Assembly (NCBI GenBank): GCA_963699705.1
Contig: CAVOUW010000001.1
Span: forward strand, 33,929 to 97,928
Source of the DNA: an uncultured delta proteobacterium
GTDB lineage: Bacteria; Desulfobacterota; Binatia; Binatales; Binataceae
DNA: 64,000 bases
Direction: 5' to 3'
Part shown: positions 1 through 8,543 of the stretch, piece by piece
Numbering within the stretch: the stretch's first letter is position 1
Layout: every line of letters begins with the position of its first letter
The notes under the pieces: generated by a model
What the model was told of the DNA's origin: nothing
What the model saw: the letters and a program-made list of their open reading frames with translations, nothing else
The model's database searches: none
Made by a program: the position numbers and the translations under genes

Positions 1-377
1 TCAGGTCACGCGACTTCCTGCTGTTGCATATCGAGGCGCCCGACGAGGCCGGTCACATGGGCCGCGCCGATCTGAAGAAGGAAGCGATCGAGCGTATCGA
101 CGAGTTGATCATCGGGCCGATGCTCGCGGGGCTTGGCGCGCTTGGCGATTTCACGATCCTGCTGATGCCCGATCACGCGACGCCGAGCCAGCTCAAGACG
201 CATTCGCCGGAACCAGTTCCGTTCGCGCTGATGACCTCGGCGCAGTTCAAGTCGGCCGGCGGCGCAGCTCACCGCTACACCGAAGATGACGGCACGGCGA
301 CCGGCATACTCGTCGGGGACGGCTATCACCTGATAGAATCCCTGTTCGGAAGCCCCTTGAAGACCACGCCGAACTGA
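1..377 (+). CDS. Cofactor-independent phosphoglycerate mutase (ApgM family), 3' part only
   Basis: HIEAPDEAGH and PDHATP...TH metal-binding motifs; runs off the window start; precedes glpX. Confidence 0.8.
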   Translation, partial: RSRDFLLLHIEAPDEAGHMGRADLKKEAIERIDELIIGPMLAGLGALGDFTILLMPDHATPSQLKTHSPEPVPFALMTSAQFKSAGGAAHRYTEDDGTATGILVGDGYHLIESLFGSPLKTTPN

Positions 378-391
378 CCGGAGGCCCCTGG

Positions 392-1345
392 ATGGAGCGG
401 AATCTCGCCCTCGAAGTTGTACGCGCGACCGAAGCCGCAGCGCTGGCAGCGGCGCGCTTCATCGGCAAGGGCGACGAGCGGATGGCGGATCGGGCGGCGT
501 GCGATGCGATGCGCAAGACGCTGAACTCGGTCGCGATGGACGGTAAAATCGTCATCGGCGAGGGCAAAGAGGGCGACGCCGAATTTCTGTATGAGGGCGA
601 AATCGTCGGCACCGGCGCGGGCACCGAAATCGACGTCGCGCTCGACGCGATCGAAGGTCCGATCATCTGCGCGACCGGCGGACCCAACGCCCTGTCATGT
701 GTGGCGCTGGCCGAACGCGGGCGAATCCTGCGATGCCCCGACACTTACATGGACAAGGTCGCATGCGGGCCCGCCGGACGCGGTGTGATCGACATCGATC
801 GATCGCCGACCGACAATCTGAAGGCGCTGGCCGAAGCAAAAAAAGTTTACGTCGAAGATTTACGCGTCGCGATCCTCGATCGTCCGCGTCATGAAAAGCT
901 GATCAACGAGGTCCGGCGCGCGGGTGCGGGGATCAAGATGATTTCAGCCGGTGACCTGTCTGCCGCAATCGCCACTACGCGTCCCGAGAGTGAAATCGAC
1001 ATGCTGATCGGCATCGGCGGAGCGCATCAGGGCGTGCTGGCCGGCGCCGCGATTCGTTCCGCCGGTGGCGAGATGCAATGCCGTTTCGTGCCGCGCAACT
1101 CCGAGGAAGCCGAGGCGTGCCTCGCGATGGGCATCATGGATCTCAAGCATCGCTACACGCTGGAGGAGCTGGCTGGCGACAACGTGATGTTTGCGGCGAC
1201 CGGCGTGACCACCGGTGACTATCTGCGCGGCGTGCGATTTTTTTCCGGCGGCGCGACCACCAACAGCGTCGTGATGCGCTCGAAGACGCGTACCATTCGC
1301 TTCATCGAGGCTATTCATCATTTCGATTTCAAACCCGAGTATTAA
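392..1345 (+). CDS. glpX: Class II fructose-1,6-bisphosphatase
   Basis: MERNLALEVVRATEAAA, IVIGEG and FAATGVTTG motifs; SD GGAGG. Confidence 0.93.
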   Translation: MERNLALEVVRATEAAALAAARFIGKGDERMADRAACDAMRKTLNSVAMDGKIVIGEGKEGDAEFLYEGEIVGTGAGTEIDVALDAIEGPIICATGGPNALSCVALAERGRILRCPDTYMDKVACGPAGRGVIDIDRSPTDNLKALAEAKKVYVEDLRVAILDRPRHEKLINEVRRAGAGIKMISAGDLSAAIATTRPESEIDMLIGIGGAHQGVLAGAAIRSAGGEMQCRFVPRNSEEAEACLAMGIMDLKHRYTLEELAGDNVMFAATGVTTGDYLRGVRFFSGGATTNSVVMRSKTRTIRFIEAIHHFDFKPEY

Positions 1346-1346
1346 A

Positions 1347-1575
1347 ATGGCGGTGAAGAGCGCTTCAAAGTGGCCGAAGCTGCGCGAGGCGCCCTCATGG
1401 CGGGGCACTAGCATCGCTGAACGCGCGCGCGATCGAAAATGTCTGCCGTACCGCGCTCGAACTGCTCGAGGATTCCAAAGATCGCGAGGCCAGACTGCGC
1501 CACATCGATCCGCTTCCAGCTTCGACCTGCGCCCTCATCCGACGCCTCGCCGCCAGTGGCAACCCAAAGCGCTAA
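1347..1575 (+). CDS. Small hypothetical protein (about 75 aa), needs one frameshift near 1425
   Basis: Joining MAVKSASKWPKLREAPSWRGTSIAERAR to a second frame IENVCRTALELLEDSKDREARLRHIDPLPASTCALIRRLAASGNPKR* gives a protein-like helical sequence; junction in a CG run. Confidence 0.3.
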
Positions 1576-1685
1576 GACCGCAGCTCAAATCGCGCGGCCT
1601 GGGACGATCTTGCCCGCGAGCGATGATCTGTCCCGCGCGGCGTCCATCGAATATTATTAATCGAATTCAGGGAAGGTGGTGGGAT

Positions 1686-1880
1686 ATGTGGCTGCGCGTG
1701 ACCATGAAAGATAGAGCGGTGATGATCAATGCCGACCGGGTAGTGAAAATCGTGGAGATCCCGGGCAGCGCTGAACGGAGCCGCGGATGCCACGTGTATC
1801 TTTCGCTCACAGAGTACATGGAAGTCGATCAATCGCTGCACGAGATGATGATTTCGCTCGGCTTCGAAGAGCGGACATAA
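1686..1880 (+). CDS. Small hypothetical protein (64 aa), weak FlbD-like pattern
   Basis: ATG at 1686 after purine-rich GGAAGGTGG; MWLRVTMKDRAVMINADRVVKIVE...MEVDQSLHEMM. Confidence 0.55.
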   Translation: MWLRVTMKDRAVMINADRVVKIVEIPGSAERSRGCHVYLSLTEYMEVDQSLHEMMISLGFEERT

Positions 1881-1989
1881 TCCTTGCCAGATTCGCGATC
1901 GTCGAATCGCATCGCCTGGTCACGACGCAGCGACAACGGAGCGGTGACAGTGCAAAACCCAAAATCACTGGGTGCAGGGGTCACCCCTG

Positions 1990-2445
1990 CTACATCATCT
2001 GAAGGGCCTGGCAGGTATTCGACTCGAGCTTGAACTTCCCGCCGAGACACGACAGCTTGGCCGCGTCGATCAGCGCCGGCTCGTCCCATTTCGTAGGCCA
2101 TGGCCCGGTGTTCACCGCGGCGCACGCCTGGTTGTTGCCCATCGAGCACCAGGTGCTCAATTCACCGTGCAGCACCGCCACTTGCTGGCATGCGTCCTGA
2201 TTGCCAGCATTACAGGCAGGCGTCTGCATTTCGATCGGCGCGGTGGACTCGATCGCAACCTTAGTGTCGCTCACCTGTTGGACGATTGTGTGACACGCAG
2301 CCTGGTTGCCTTCGTTGCACCTCTCGGTAGCTTGCGCGCGAATCTTGGTGACGAAATCCTGCGCCTCCGAACTACATCCGGAAGCAATGAAGATCGTAAC
2401 GGCGAGCGCGAAAAAGGGGACATGCGTTCTGAATCTGACGAGCAC
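1990..2445 (-). CDS. Cys-rich putative lipoprotein with CxxGNxxAC repeats
   Basis: Hydrophobic leader plus lipobox-like IASGC; three C-x2-GN-x2-AC repeats; start codon uncertain. Confidence 0.65.
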   Translation of the reverse strand: MLVRFRTHVPFFALAVTIFIASGCSSEAQDFVTKIRAQATERCNEGNQAACHTIVQQVSDTKVAIESTAPIEMQTPACNAGNQDACQQVAVLHGELSTWCSMGNNQACAAVNTGPWPTKWDEPALIDAAKLSCLGGKFKLESNTCQALQMM

Positions 2446-2527
2446 GTGCGCATTGTTTCGCGCGATATGAGTCTCGCGCAAGCGCACGGGGGTTGACACT
2501 GAAAGCTTACAGGGCGGAATTAGAAGC

Positions 2528-3307
2528 GTGGACCTCAAAAATATTATTTTCGAAAAAGCTGCGATTGCGACCCTCACCGTCAACCGCCCGACGGCGCTCA
2601 ACGCGTTGAATCGCGAAGTCCTCGAGGAAATGGCGCGCGTGATTCGCGAGGTGCGCCACGACCCGTCGGTGCGCGTGCTCATCGTCACCGGCGCCGGCGA
2701 CAAGGCGTTCGTCGCGGGCGCGGATATCGCCGCAATGGCGAAAATGTCGGCGATTGACGGCCTCGATTTTTCGCGGCTGGGTCATCGCGTGATGGAAAGT
2801 TTCGAGGACCTGCCGATTCCCGTCATCGCGGCGGTCAACGGCTTCGCGCTTGGCGGCGGGCTCGAGCTCGCACTCGCATGCGACCTGATCGTCGCCAGCG
2901 AAAAAGCGCGCTTCGGGCAGCCCGAGATAAATCTCGGACTCATCCCCGGCTTCGGCGGCACGCAGCGACTGCCGCATCGAATCGGCCACAACAAGGCGCG
3001 CGAACTGATCATGACCGGCGACATGTTCGATGCGAAGACTGCGATCGAGTTGGGCCTCGCCAACCAGGTCGTCGCGCCTGGCGAACTGATCGAGAAGACC
3101 CGAAAGCTAGCCGAGAAAATTGCCGGCAAATCGGCAGTCGCACTTCGCCAAGCGAAAGCCGCGTTGCGAGCCGCGTTCACGATGGAAGAAGATGCGGGCC
3201 TGCGTTTCGAGCAGGAGGCATTCGGCGTGACCTTCGGCAGCGCGGATCGCGTCGAGGGCACCAGTGCCTTCGTCGAGAAGCGCCCACCCACATGGCAGCA
3301 TAAGTAG
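2528..3307 (+). CDS. Enoyl-CoA hydratase / crotonase family protein
   Basis: AFVAGADI, GFALGGGLELALACD, GQPEINLG.IPGFGGTQRL. Confidence 0.92.
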   Translation: MDLKNIIFEKAAIATLTVNRPTALNALNREVLEEMARVIREVRHDPSVRVLIVTGAGDKAFVAGADIAAMAKMSAIDGLDFSRLGHRVMESFEDLPIPVIAAVNGFALGGGLELALACDLIVASEKARFGQPEINLGLIPGFGGTQRLPHRIGHNKARELIMTGDMFDAKTAIELGLANQVVAPGELIEKTRKLAEKIAGKSAVALRQAKAALRAAFTMEEDAGLRFEQEAFGVTFGSADRVEGTSAFVEKRPPTWQHK

Positions 3308-3322
3308 CGTGCTGCAAGTAAC

Positions 3323-4113
3323 TTGTTGAAGGTCCGCTCATACGGCAGCTCGGGACCTCAAGTCATCGTTGTGCACGGCGGCCCGGGCGGATGCGGATCG
3401 ATGGCTCCGATAGCGCGCGGAATCGCCGAGTCATTCCGCGTGCTCGAACCGTTTCAAAGCAATGTCAGCGCGACGGTTGCCGACCACGTCGCGGACCTGC
3501 ACGAAGTCGTCGAATCTTACGCACCGCGACACCACGCCAGCGCTGGTTGGTCATTCATGGGGTGCGATGCTGGCGCTCGCGTACGCCGCGGCGCATCCGA
3601 GTTCGACCGGACCAATCGTGCTCGATTTGCAGCGGCACGTTCGATTTGGCCGCGCGCGAGCAGTTCAGCATCAATTTGTCGGAGCGCAAAAAGGATGCGG
3701 GCGCTCGGCAGCGATTCCAACTCGCGCTGCAAATCGCGGATCCGAATGAACGATTCCACGAGTTGGGTAAGCAGACACTCGAACTCTATTCATTCGACCT
3801 CGCGACGACTGAACAGGAGATCGACGAGTCCGAACCAGGCACAGGCGCCGAGACTTGGGACGACATGGTGCGTCTGCAGGACGAGGGGGTGTATCCGTCG
3901 TCCTTCGCGGCAATCAAATCACCAGTGCTTATGTTGCACGGCGCCCAAGACCCGCATCCCGGAGAAATGATCAGAGCGAGTCTCGCGCCCTATGTCCCGC
4001 AATTGGAATATCGCGAATGGGAGCGATGCGGCCACTATCCATGGCTCGAAAAAGCCACGCACGACGAATTCTTCTCGGTGCTGCGCACCTGGCTCACGAA
4101 TCATCTGATCTAA
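3323..4113 (+). CDS. Alpha/beta hydrolase split over three frames (probable sequencing indels near 3530 and 3625)
   Basis: VHGGPG, GHSWG nucleophile elbow, HGAQDPHP and CGHYPWLE lie in successive frames. Confidence 0.8.
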
Positions 4114-4138
4114 CACCGCGCTCCTCCACACCGCGAAG

Positions 4139-4182
4139 AACCTAACCCCTAACCCCTTCCCGAGCGGGAAGGGGAACCAGAT
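4139..4182 (-). repeat. Repeat family A (CCCCTTCCC-N4-GGGAAGGGG + TTAGGGGTTAGG)
   Basis: Further copies at about 7123, 8422, 11346, 29101 and 38053. Confidence 0.85.
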
Positions 4183-4238
4183 TCGTGTTTTATGTGACCC
4201 GAGAGCAAAGTAGTGCGCCGCGCACAACTTTGCGATTA

Positions 4239-4305
4239 ATCACTGGGTGCAGGGGTCACCCCTGCCGAAGGAAGCGTGAAACCCACCGCGGGTTTCACAT
4301 TAAAT
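4239..4305 (+). repeat. Repeat family B (GCAGGGGTCACCCCTGC...GTGAAACCC-N5-GGGTTTCAC)
   Basis: Two hairpins; copies at about 1964 (partial), 11131, 15941, 30134, 31572, 32500 and 47961. Confidence 0.9.
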
Positions 4306-4457
4306 AAAGTGATTTCCCCTTCCCTAACTGAGGGTTGACGACCTGTCGGCCCCTGTGGGAAACTCCGGCCAGTGCAGAAGACAGCGCCGCCGAAATAGGC
4401 GGCGTTGGTCATTCTGAGAGCATGATTATATTAAATTGAACTGTCCGGAGGATCTTC

Positions 4458-4901
4458 ATGGCTGAGCAGGCTCAAGCTACTGACACGGGACCGCGCCCAA
4501 TCGTTCCATGGCTCAAGTTGGCGCCCAAGCCCCATCTCGAAGGGATCAAGTGCGAGAAGTGCGGCGCAATCTATCTCGATCCAAAGCGAGTCGCATGCTC
4601 GAAATGCGGCGAGGCGGAGAAGTTCGCGCCCGTGACCTTATCCGACAAGGGCAAGGTGTACGTGTTCTCGGTCGTGCATCAGTCGTTCCCCGGAATCAAG
4701 ACGCCATACGTGACGGCGATCGTCGATTTGCCTGAGGGCATCAGCGTCCGCGCGAATCTGACCGGCGTCGATCCCGAGCAGGCGCAGAAGGAACCCAACA
4801 AGGTTTTCAATATGCCGGTCGAGTTGGTCACCGGCGTCACGGCCAAGGATCGCGAAGGTCACGACGTAATAGCTTTTTCGTACCAGCCGAGTAAAAATTA
4901 G
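4458..4901 (+). CDS. Zn-ribbon/OB-fold (DUF35) protein, thiolase partner
   Basis: CEKC...CSKC ribbon; G.VY.FSVVH and PYV.AIVDL OB-fold motifs; upstream of thiolase. Confidence 0.88.
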   Translation: MAEQAQATDTGPRPIVPWLKLAPKPHLEGIKCEKCGAIYLDPKRVACSKCGEAEKFAPVTLSDKGKVYVFSVVHQSFPGIKTPYVTAIVDLPEGISVRANLTGVDPEQAQKEPNKVFNMPVELVTGVTAKDREGHDVIAFSYQPSKN

Positions 4902-4983
4902 GTACCCATTCAGCTAGCCAAGCGAACTGAACAAACTTTACGACGGACCTGAGCTACGGGCCGGGCCGCCAGGAGGAATCAAG

Positions 4984-6144
4984 ATGCGAAATGTTTATGT
5001 TCTCGGAACCGGGATGATCAAATTCGGACGCTATCCCGAGAAGACCGTTCCGGAACTCGGCGGACAGGCGGCTCTCCTCGCGCTCAAGGACGCCGGAATT
5101 GCAATCAAGGACGTCGAGATGTTCGCCTGCGGAAATCTCTACCAGTCCAACGCGATGGTCGGACAGCGAATCCTGCAGCAGATCGGCCAGACCGGAATCC
5201 CGGTGATCAACGTCTCCAACGCATGCGCCACCGGCTCGACCGCGTTTCGCGAGGCGTACATGTCAGTCGCGTCGGGGATGTATGACGTCTCGATGGCGGT
5301 TGGCGTCGAGCAGATGGGCAAGCAGGGCTTGCTCGGCGGCGCTGGCGGCGGCGATCCCGCGTACTCGACCGAGGGCAAGGTCGGTTCGGGCCTGATGCCG
5401 GCAGTGTTCGGCCAAGCGGGCATCGAACACATGCGCAAGTACGGCACCAAGCTCGAGCACTTCGCCAAAATCTCGGTGAAGTCGCACAAGCATGCGACCA
5501 AGAATCCGTTCTCGCAGTATCGCAACGAAGTCTCGCTCGAAGACGTCATGAATGCGCGCATGGTCGCCTATCCCAACACGCTCTATATGTGCTGCCCGAC
5601 CGGTGACGGCGCGGCGGCAGCGATTCTCGTCAGCGAGGACAAGCTGAAGCAGCTCGCCGGTGGACGCAAGCGCGCGAAAGTCGCGGCGTCGGTGCTCACC
5701 TCCGATCCCTGGACCGATCGCACTGCGACGCTGCCCGACGTCAGCACGCTCACGCGGCGCGCGTCGAAGCAGGCGTACGAGAAGGCCGGCATCGGACCCA
5801 AGGACATCGCGCTTACCGAATTGCATGATTGCTTCGCGACCGCGGAACTCGTGCATTACGAAAACCTCGGCCTGTGCGCCGACGGCGAAGCTGGCAAGTT
5901 CATCGACTCGGGCGGCGGCGTGCATCCGAGCCTCGGCGGCCACGATCCGGTCAACGTATCGGGCGGATTGCTCTCGAAGGGGCATCCTCTCGGCGCGACC
6001 GGCGTCGCGAATATCTGCGAGGTGGTCTGGCATCTGACCCAGGACGATCGCGCGAAAGATCGCCTGGTGCCTAACGCCAAGGCGGGCCAGGCCCACGTAA
6101 TCGGGCTGGGCAGCGCCTGCACGATTCATATCTTGACCGTATAG
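4984..6144 (+). CDS. Thiolase family protein (SCP2/lipid-transfer type)
   Basis: NACATGS, ELHDCF, NVSGGLLSKGHPLGATG. Confidence 0.9.
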   Translation: MRNVYVLGTGMIKFGRYPEKTVPELGGQAALLALKDAGIAIKDVEMFACGNLYQSNAMVGQRILQQIGQTGIPVINVSNACATGSTAFREAYMSVASGMYDVSMAVGVEQMGKQGLLGGAGGGDPAYSTEGKVGSGLMPAVFGQAGIEHMRKYGTKLEHFAKISVKSHKHATKNPFSQYRNEVSLEDVMNARMVAYPNTLYMCCPTGDGAAAAILVSEDKLKQLAGGRKRAKVAASVLTSDPWTDRTATLPDVSTLTRRASKQAYEKAGIGPKDIALTELHDCFATAELVHYENLGLCADGEAGKFIDSGGGVHPSLGGHDPVNVSGGLLSKGHPLGATGVANICEVVWHLTQDDRAKDRLVPNAKAGQAHVIGLGSACTIHILTV

Positions 6145-6177
6145 TTTAACGACCACGCCTAATCGGCACTTCGAGAG

Positions 6178-6210
6178 AGGGCCGCCCCAAACAGGCGGCC
6201 CTTTTTCTTT
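6178..6210 (+). terminator. Intrinsic terminator after thiolase
   Basis: AGGGCCGCC-loop-GGCGGCCCT followed by T-rich tail. Confidence 0.8.
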
Positions 6211-6245
6211 CCGCGATGGGCCGATAAGTTTGACGGAATCGAAAG

Positions 6246-7169
6246 ATGGCAACCGAAACAAAATCGACGGCTGAACGACTCGGCTACGCGCCCGACGCGC
6301 GCGTGCTCATCCTCAACGCCGACGACTTCGGCATGTGCCACGATCAGAACGAAGGCGTCATCCGCGGCTTGCAGGAGGGCGTGTTCACCTCGTCAACCAT
6401 CCTCGTGACCTGTCCGTGGTTCGAGGAGGCAGCGGCGTTCGCACGCAACAATCCCAATGCCGACCTCGGTGTCCATCTCACGCTCACCGCCGAATGGGAC
6501 AGCTACAAATGGGGTCCGGTACTGGGGCGTCGCGCGGTGCCATCGCTCGTCGATGAGCGCGGCTACTTGTGGCAGACCGTCGCCGAGGTTTACGAACATG
6601 CTCACCTCGATCAAGCCGAGGCGGAATTGCGCGAGCAGATCGAAAAGACCTTCGCTGCGGGCATCGACGCGACTCATCTCGATTCGCACATGGGCACGCT
6701 GCAACTGCGCGCCGAGTATCATGAGATTTACGCGCGGCTGGCCGCGGAGTATCGCCTGCCGATTAGGCTAGCGTCGCGCCGCCGGATGCGCACCGACGGG
6801 ATGGGCGCGATACTCGATCAGCTCGACGCAGCCGGCGTCGTCACCACCGACCACTTGGTATTTTACGGACCGCCGTCGGTGTCCGAGACCGAATCTTACT
6901 GGACCAATCTCCTTCGCACGCTGAAAGTGGGCGTCACCGAGATTCTCTGTCATCCCGCAATCGCGCGCGACGAACTGAGGAGTTGTGCGCGCGACGCTCT
7001 CCAGCGCGAAGCCGACTTCCGCTATTTCACCGCCGACAAAACGCGCCAGCTGGTCGAGGAGCAAGGCATCGACATGATCGGCTTCCGCCAACTGCGCGAC
7101 CTGATGCGCCAGGATCCTTCCAAATCCGGTTCCCCTTCCCACCATGGGAAGGGGTTAGGGGTTAGGTAG
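6246..7169 (+). CDS. ChbG/YdjC-family deacetylase
   Basis: ILNADDFG, GVHLTL, THLDSHM, EILCHP; C-terminus runs through repeat A. Confidence 0.88.
   Translation: MATETKSTAERLGYAPDARVLILNADDFGMCHDQNEGVIRGLQEGVFTSSTILVTCPWFEEAAAFARNNPNADLGVHLTLTAEWDSYKWGPVLGRRAVPSLVDERGYLWQTVAEVYEHAHLDQAEAELREQIEKTFAAGIDATHLDSHMGTLQLRAEYHEIYARLAAEYRLPIRLASRRRMRTDGMGAILDQLDAAGVVTTDHLVFYGPPSVSETESYWTNLLRTLKVGVTEILCHPAIARDELRSCARDALQREADFRYFTADKTRQLVEEQGIDMIGFRQLRDLMRQDPSKSGSPSHHGKGLGVR
7123..7166 (+). repeat. Repeat family A inside the 3' end of the deacetylase gene
   Basis: AATCCGGTTCCCCTTCCCACCATGGGAAGGGGTTAGGGGTTAGG. Confidence 0.85.
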
Positions 7170-7170
7170 T

Positions 7171-8457
7171 TTGGAACTGACCCGACTCAGAGGATTTCGA
7201 GATCTAATCGGCGCCGACGCGCGTGCGATGAGCATCGTCGAGGAGCGCGCCCGCGCTGTCTTTGATCGCTATTCGATCAAAGAGATCCGTATCCCGGTAC
7301 TCGAACGCGCTCAACTCTACCTGCGCTCGAGCGGCGAGACCTCGGACGTCGTCGAAAAGCAGATGTACACCTTCACCGATCGCGACGAAGGCGAAACCAA
7401 TGTCGCGCTCCGCCCCGAAGGCACGCCCAGCGTGGTTCGCGCGTACATCGAGGCCGGCCTCGATCGCACCGACCCCGAGCAGCGGCTGTTCTACTCGGGT
7501 CCGATGTTCCGTCGCGAACGCCCGCAAAAAGGACGCTATCGCCAGTTCTACCAGTTCGGCGTCGAGATTTTCGGCCGTCCCGATGCGGCCTGCGACGCCG
7601 AGTTGCTGATAATGATCGCCGAACTCTGCCGCGACCTGAAACTTCCATCGACGATGGAGATTAATTCCATCGGCGATCAGAAATGCCGGCCCGCGTTCCG
7701 CGAGGCGCTCGTCAAATGGGGTCGCGCGCATTGGGACGAGCTCGACGAGGATTGCCACAATCGCATCGACCGCAATCCGCTGCGCCTGCTCGACTGCAAG
7801 CGCGACGCGAAGGTCACAGAGTCGGCGCCCAACAGCCTCGACTACCTGTGCGATGAATGTCGCGCGCATTTCGACACCGTCAAGCAACTGCTCACCAGTG
7901 CGGGCGTACAGTTCGTCGTCAATCCGCGGATGGTGCGAGGGCTGGACTACTACACGCGCACCGCGTTCGAGGTGATGGCGAGCGGTCTCGGCGCGCAGAG
8001 CACGGTAATCGCGGGGGGACGATACGACGGGCTGGTCGAGACAATGGGCGGTGCCGCGGTCGCCGGAATTGGGTTCGCTATCGGCGTCGATCGACTGGCA
8101 CTGGCTCTGGAAGCCGCCGGTACGTTACCAACAGTCGCGCCCGACGCGGTGGTAATTTCCATGGGCGACGCTGCGACGCGTCACGCGGTCAGTGTGGCGC
8201 GCGATCTGCGTGGCGCGAGTCTCAATATTGAGGTGCTTTCCCCAGAGCGCAAGATGAAGACGCTGCTCACGCGCGCGTCGAAAATTGGAGCGCGCTTCGC
8301 GGTGATTATCGGCGACGATGAACTAGCGCGCGGAGTCGTGCAGCTTCGCGACTTGAAACAAAGCACGCAGCGCGAGCTCCCCGCAGCCGAGGCAGCGCTT
8401 GCTATCGCCGACCCCCGCCCACAATCCGGTTACCCTTCCCGCGCGGGAAGGGGTTAG
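7171..8457 (+). CDS. hisS: Histidine--tRNA ligase
   Basis: LRPEGT, FRRERPQKGRYRQFYQ, RGLDYYT, GGRYDGL. Confidence 0.96.
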   Translation: MELTRLRGFRDLIGADARAMSIVEERARAVFDRYSIKEIRIPVLERAQLYLRSSGETSDVVEKQMYTFTDRDEGETNVALRPEGTPSVVRAYIEAGLDRTDPEQRLFYSGPMFRRERPQKGRYRQFYQFGVEIFGRPDAACDAELLIMIAELCRDLKLPSTMEINSIGDQKCRPAFREALVKWGRAHWDELDEDCHNRIDRNPLRLLDCKRDAKVTESAPNSLDYLCDECRAHFDTVKQLLTSAGVQFVVNPRMVRGLDYYTRTAFEVMASGLGAQSTVIAGGRYDGLVETMGGAAVAGIGFAIGVDRLALALEAAGTLPTVAPDAVVISMGDAATRHAVSVARDLRGASLNIEVLSPERKMKTLLTRASKIGARFAVIIGDDELARGVVQLRDLKQSTQRELPAAEAALAIADPRPQSGYPSRAGRG

Positions 8458-8466
8458 GGGTTAGGT
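8422..8466 (+). repeat. Repeat family A supplying the hisS stop codon
   Basis: TAG at 8455-8457 lies within GGGGTTAGGGGTTAGG. Confidence 0.85.
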
Positions 8467-8543
8467 TCCTTGCGCGTGTCTAACTGTTTCTTGCACCTTC
8501 GGGCATAGGTATTCTCGACCGACAGGAAGACAATTCAACTTTA

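Noticed and set aside
4310-4450. Riboswitch upstream of the DUF35-thiolase pair
   Set aside because: Only a single GC hairpin near 4383-4406; no aptamer consensus recognised.
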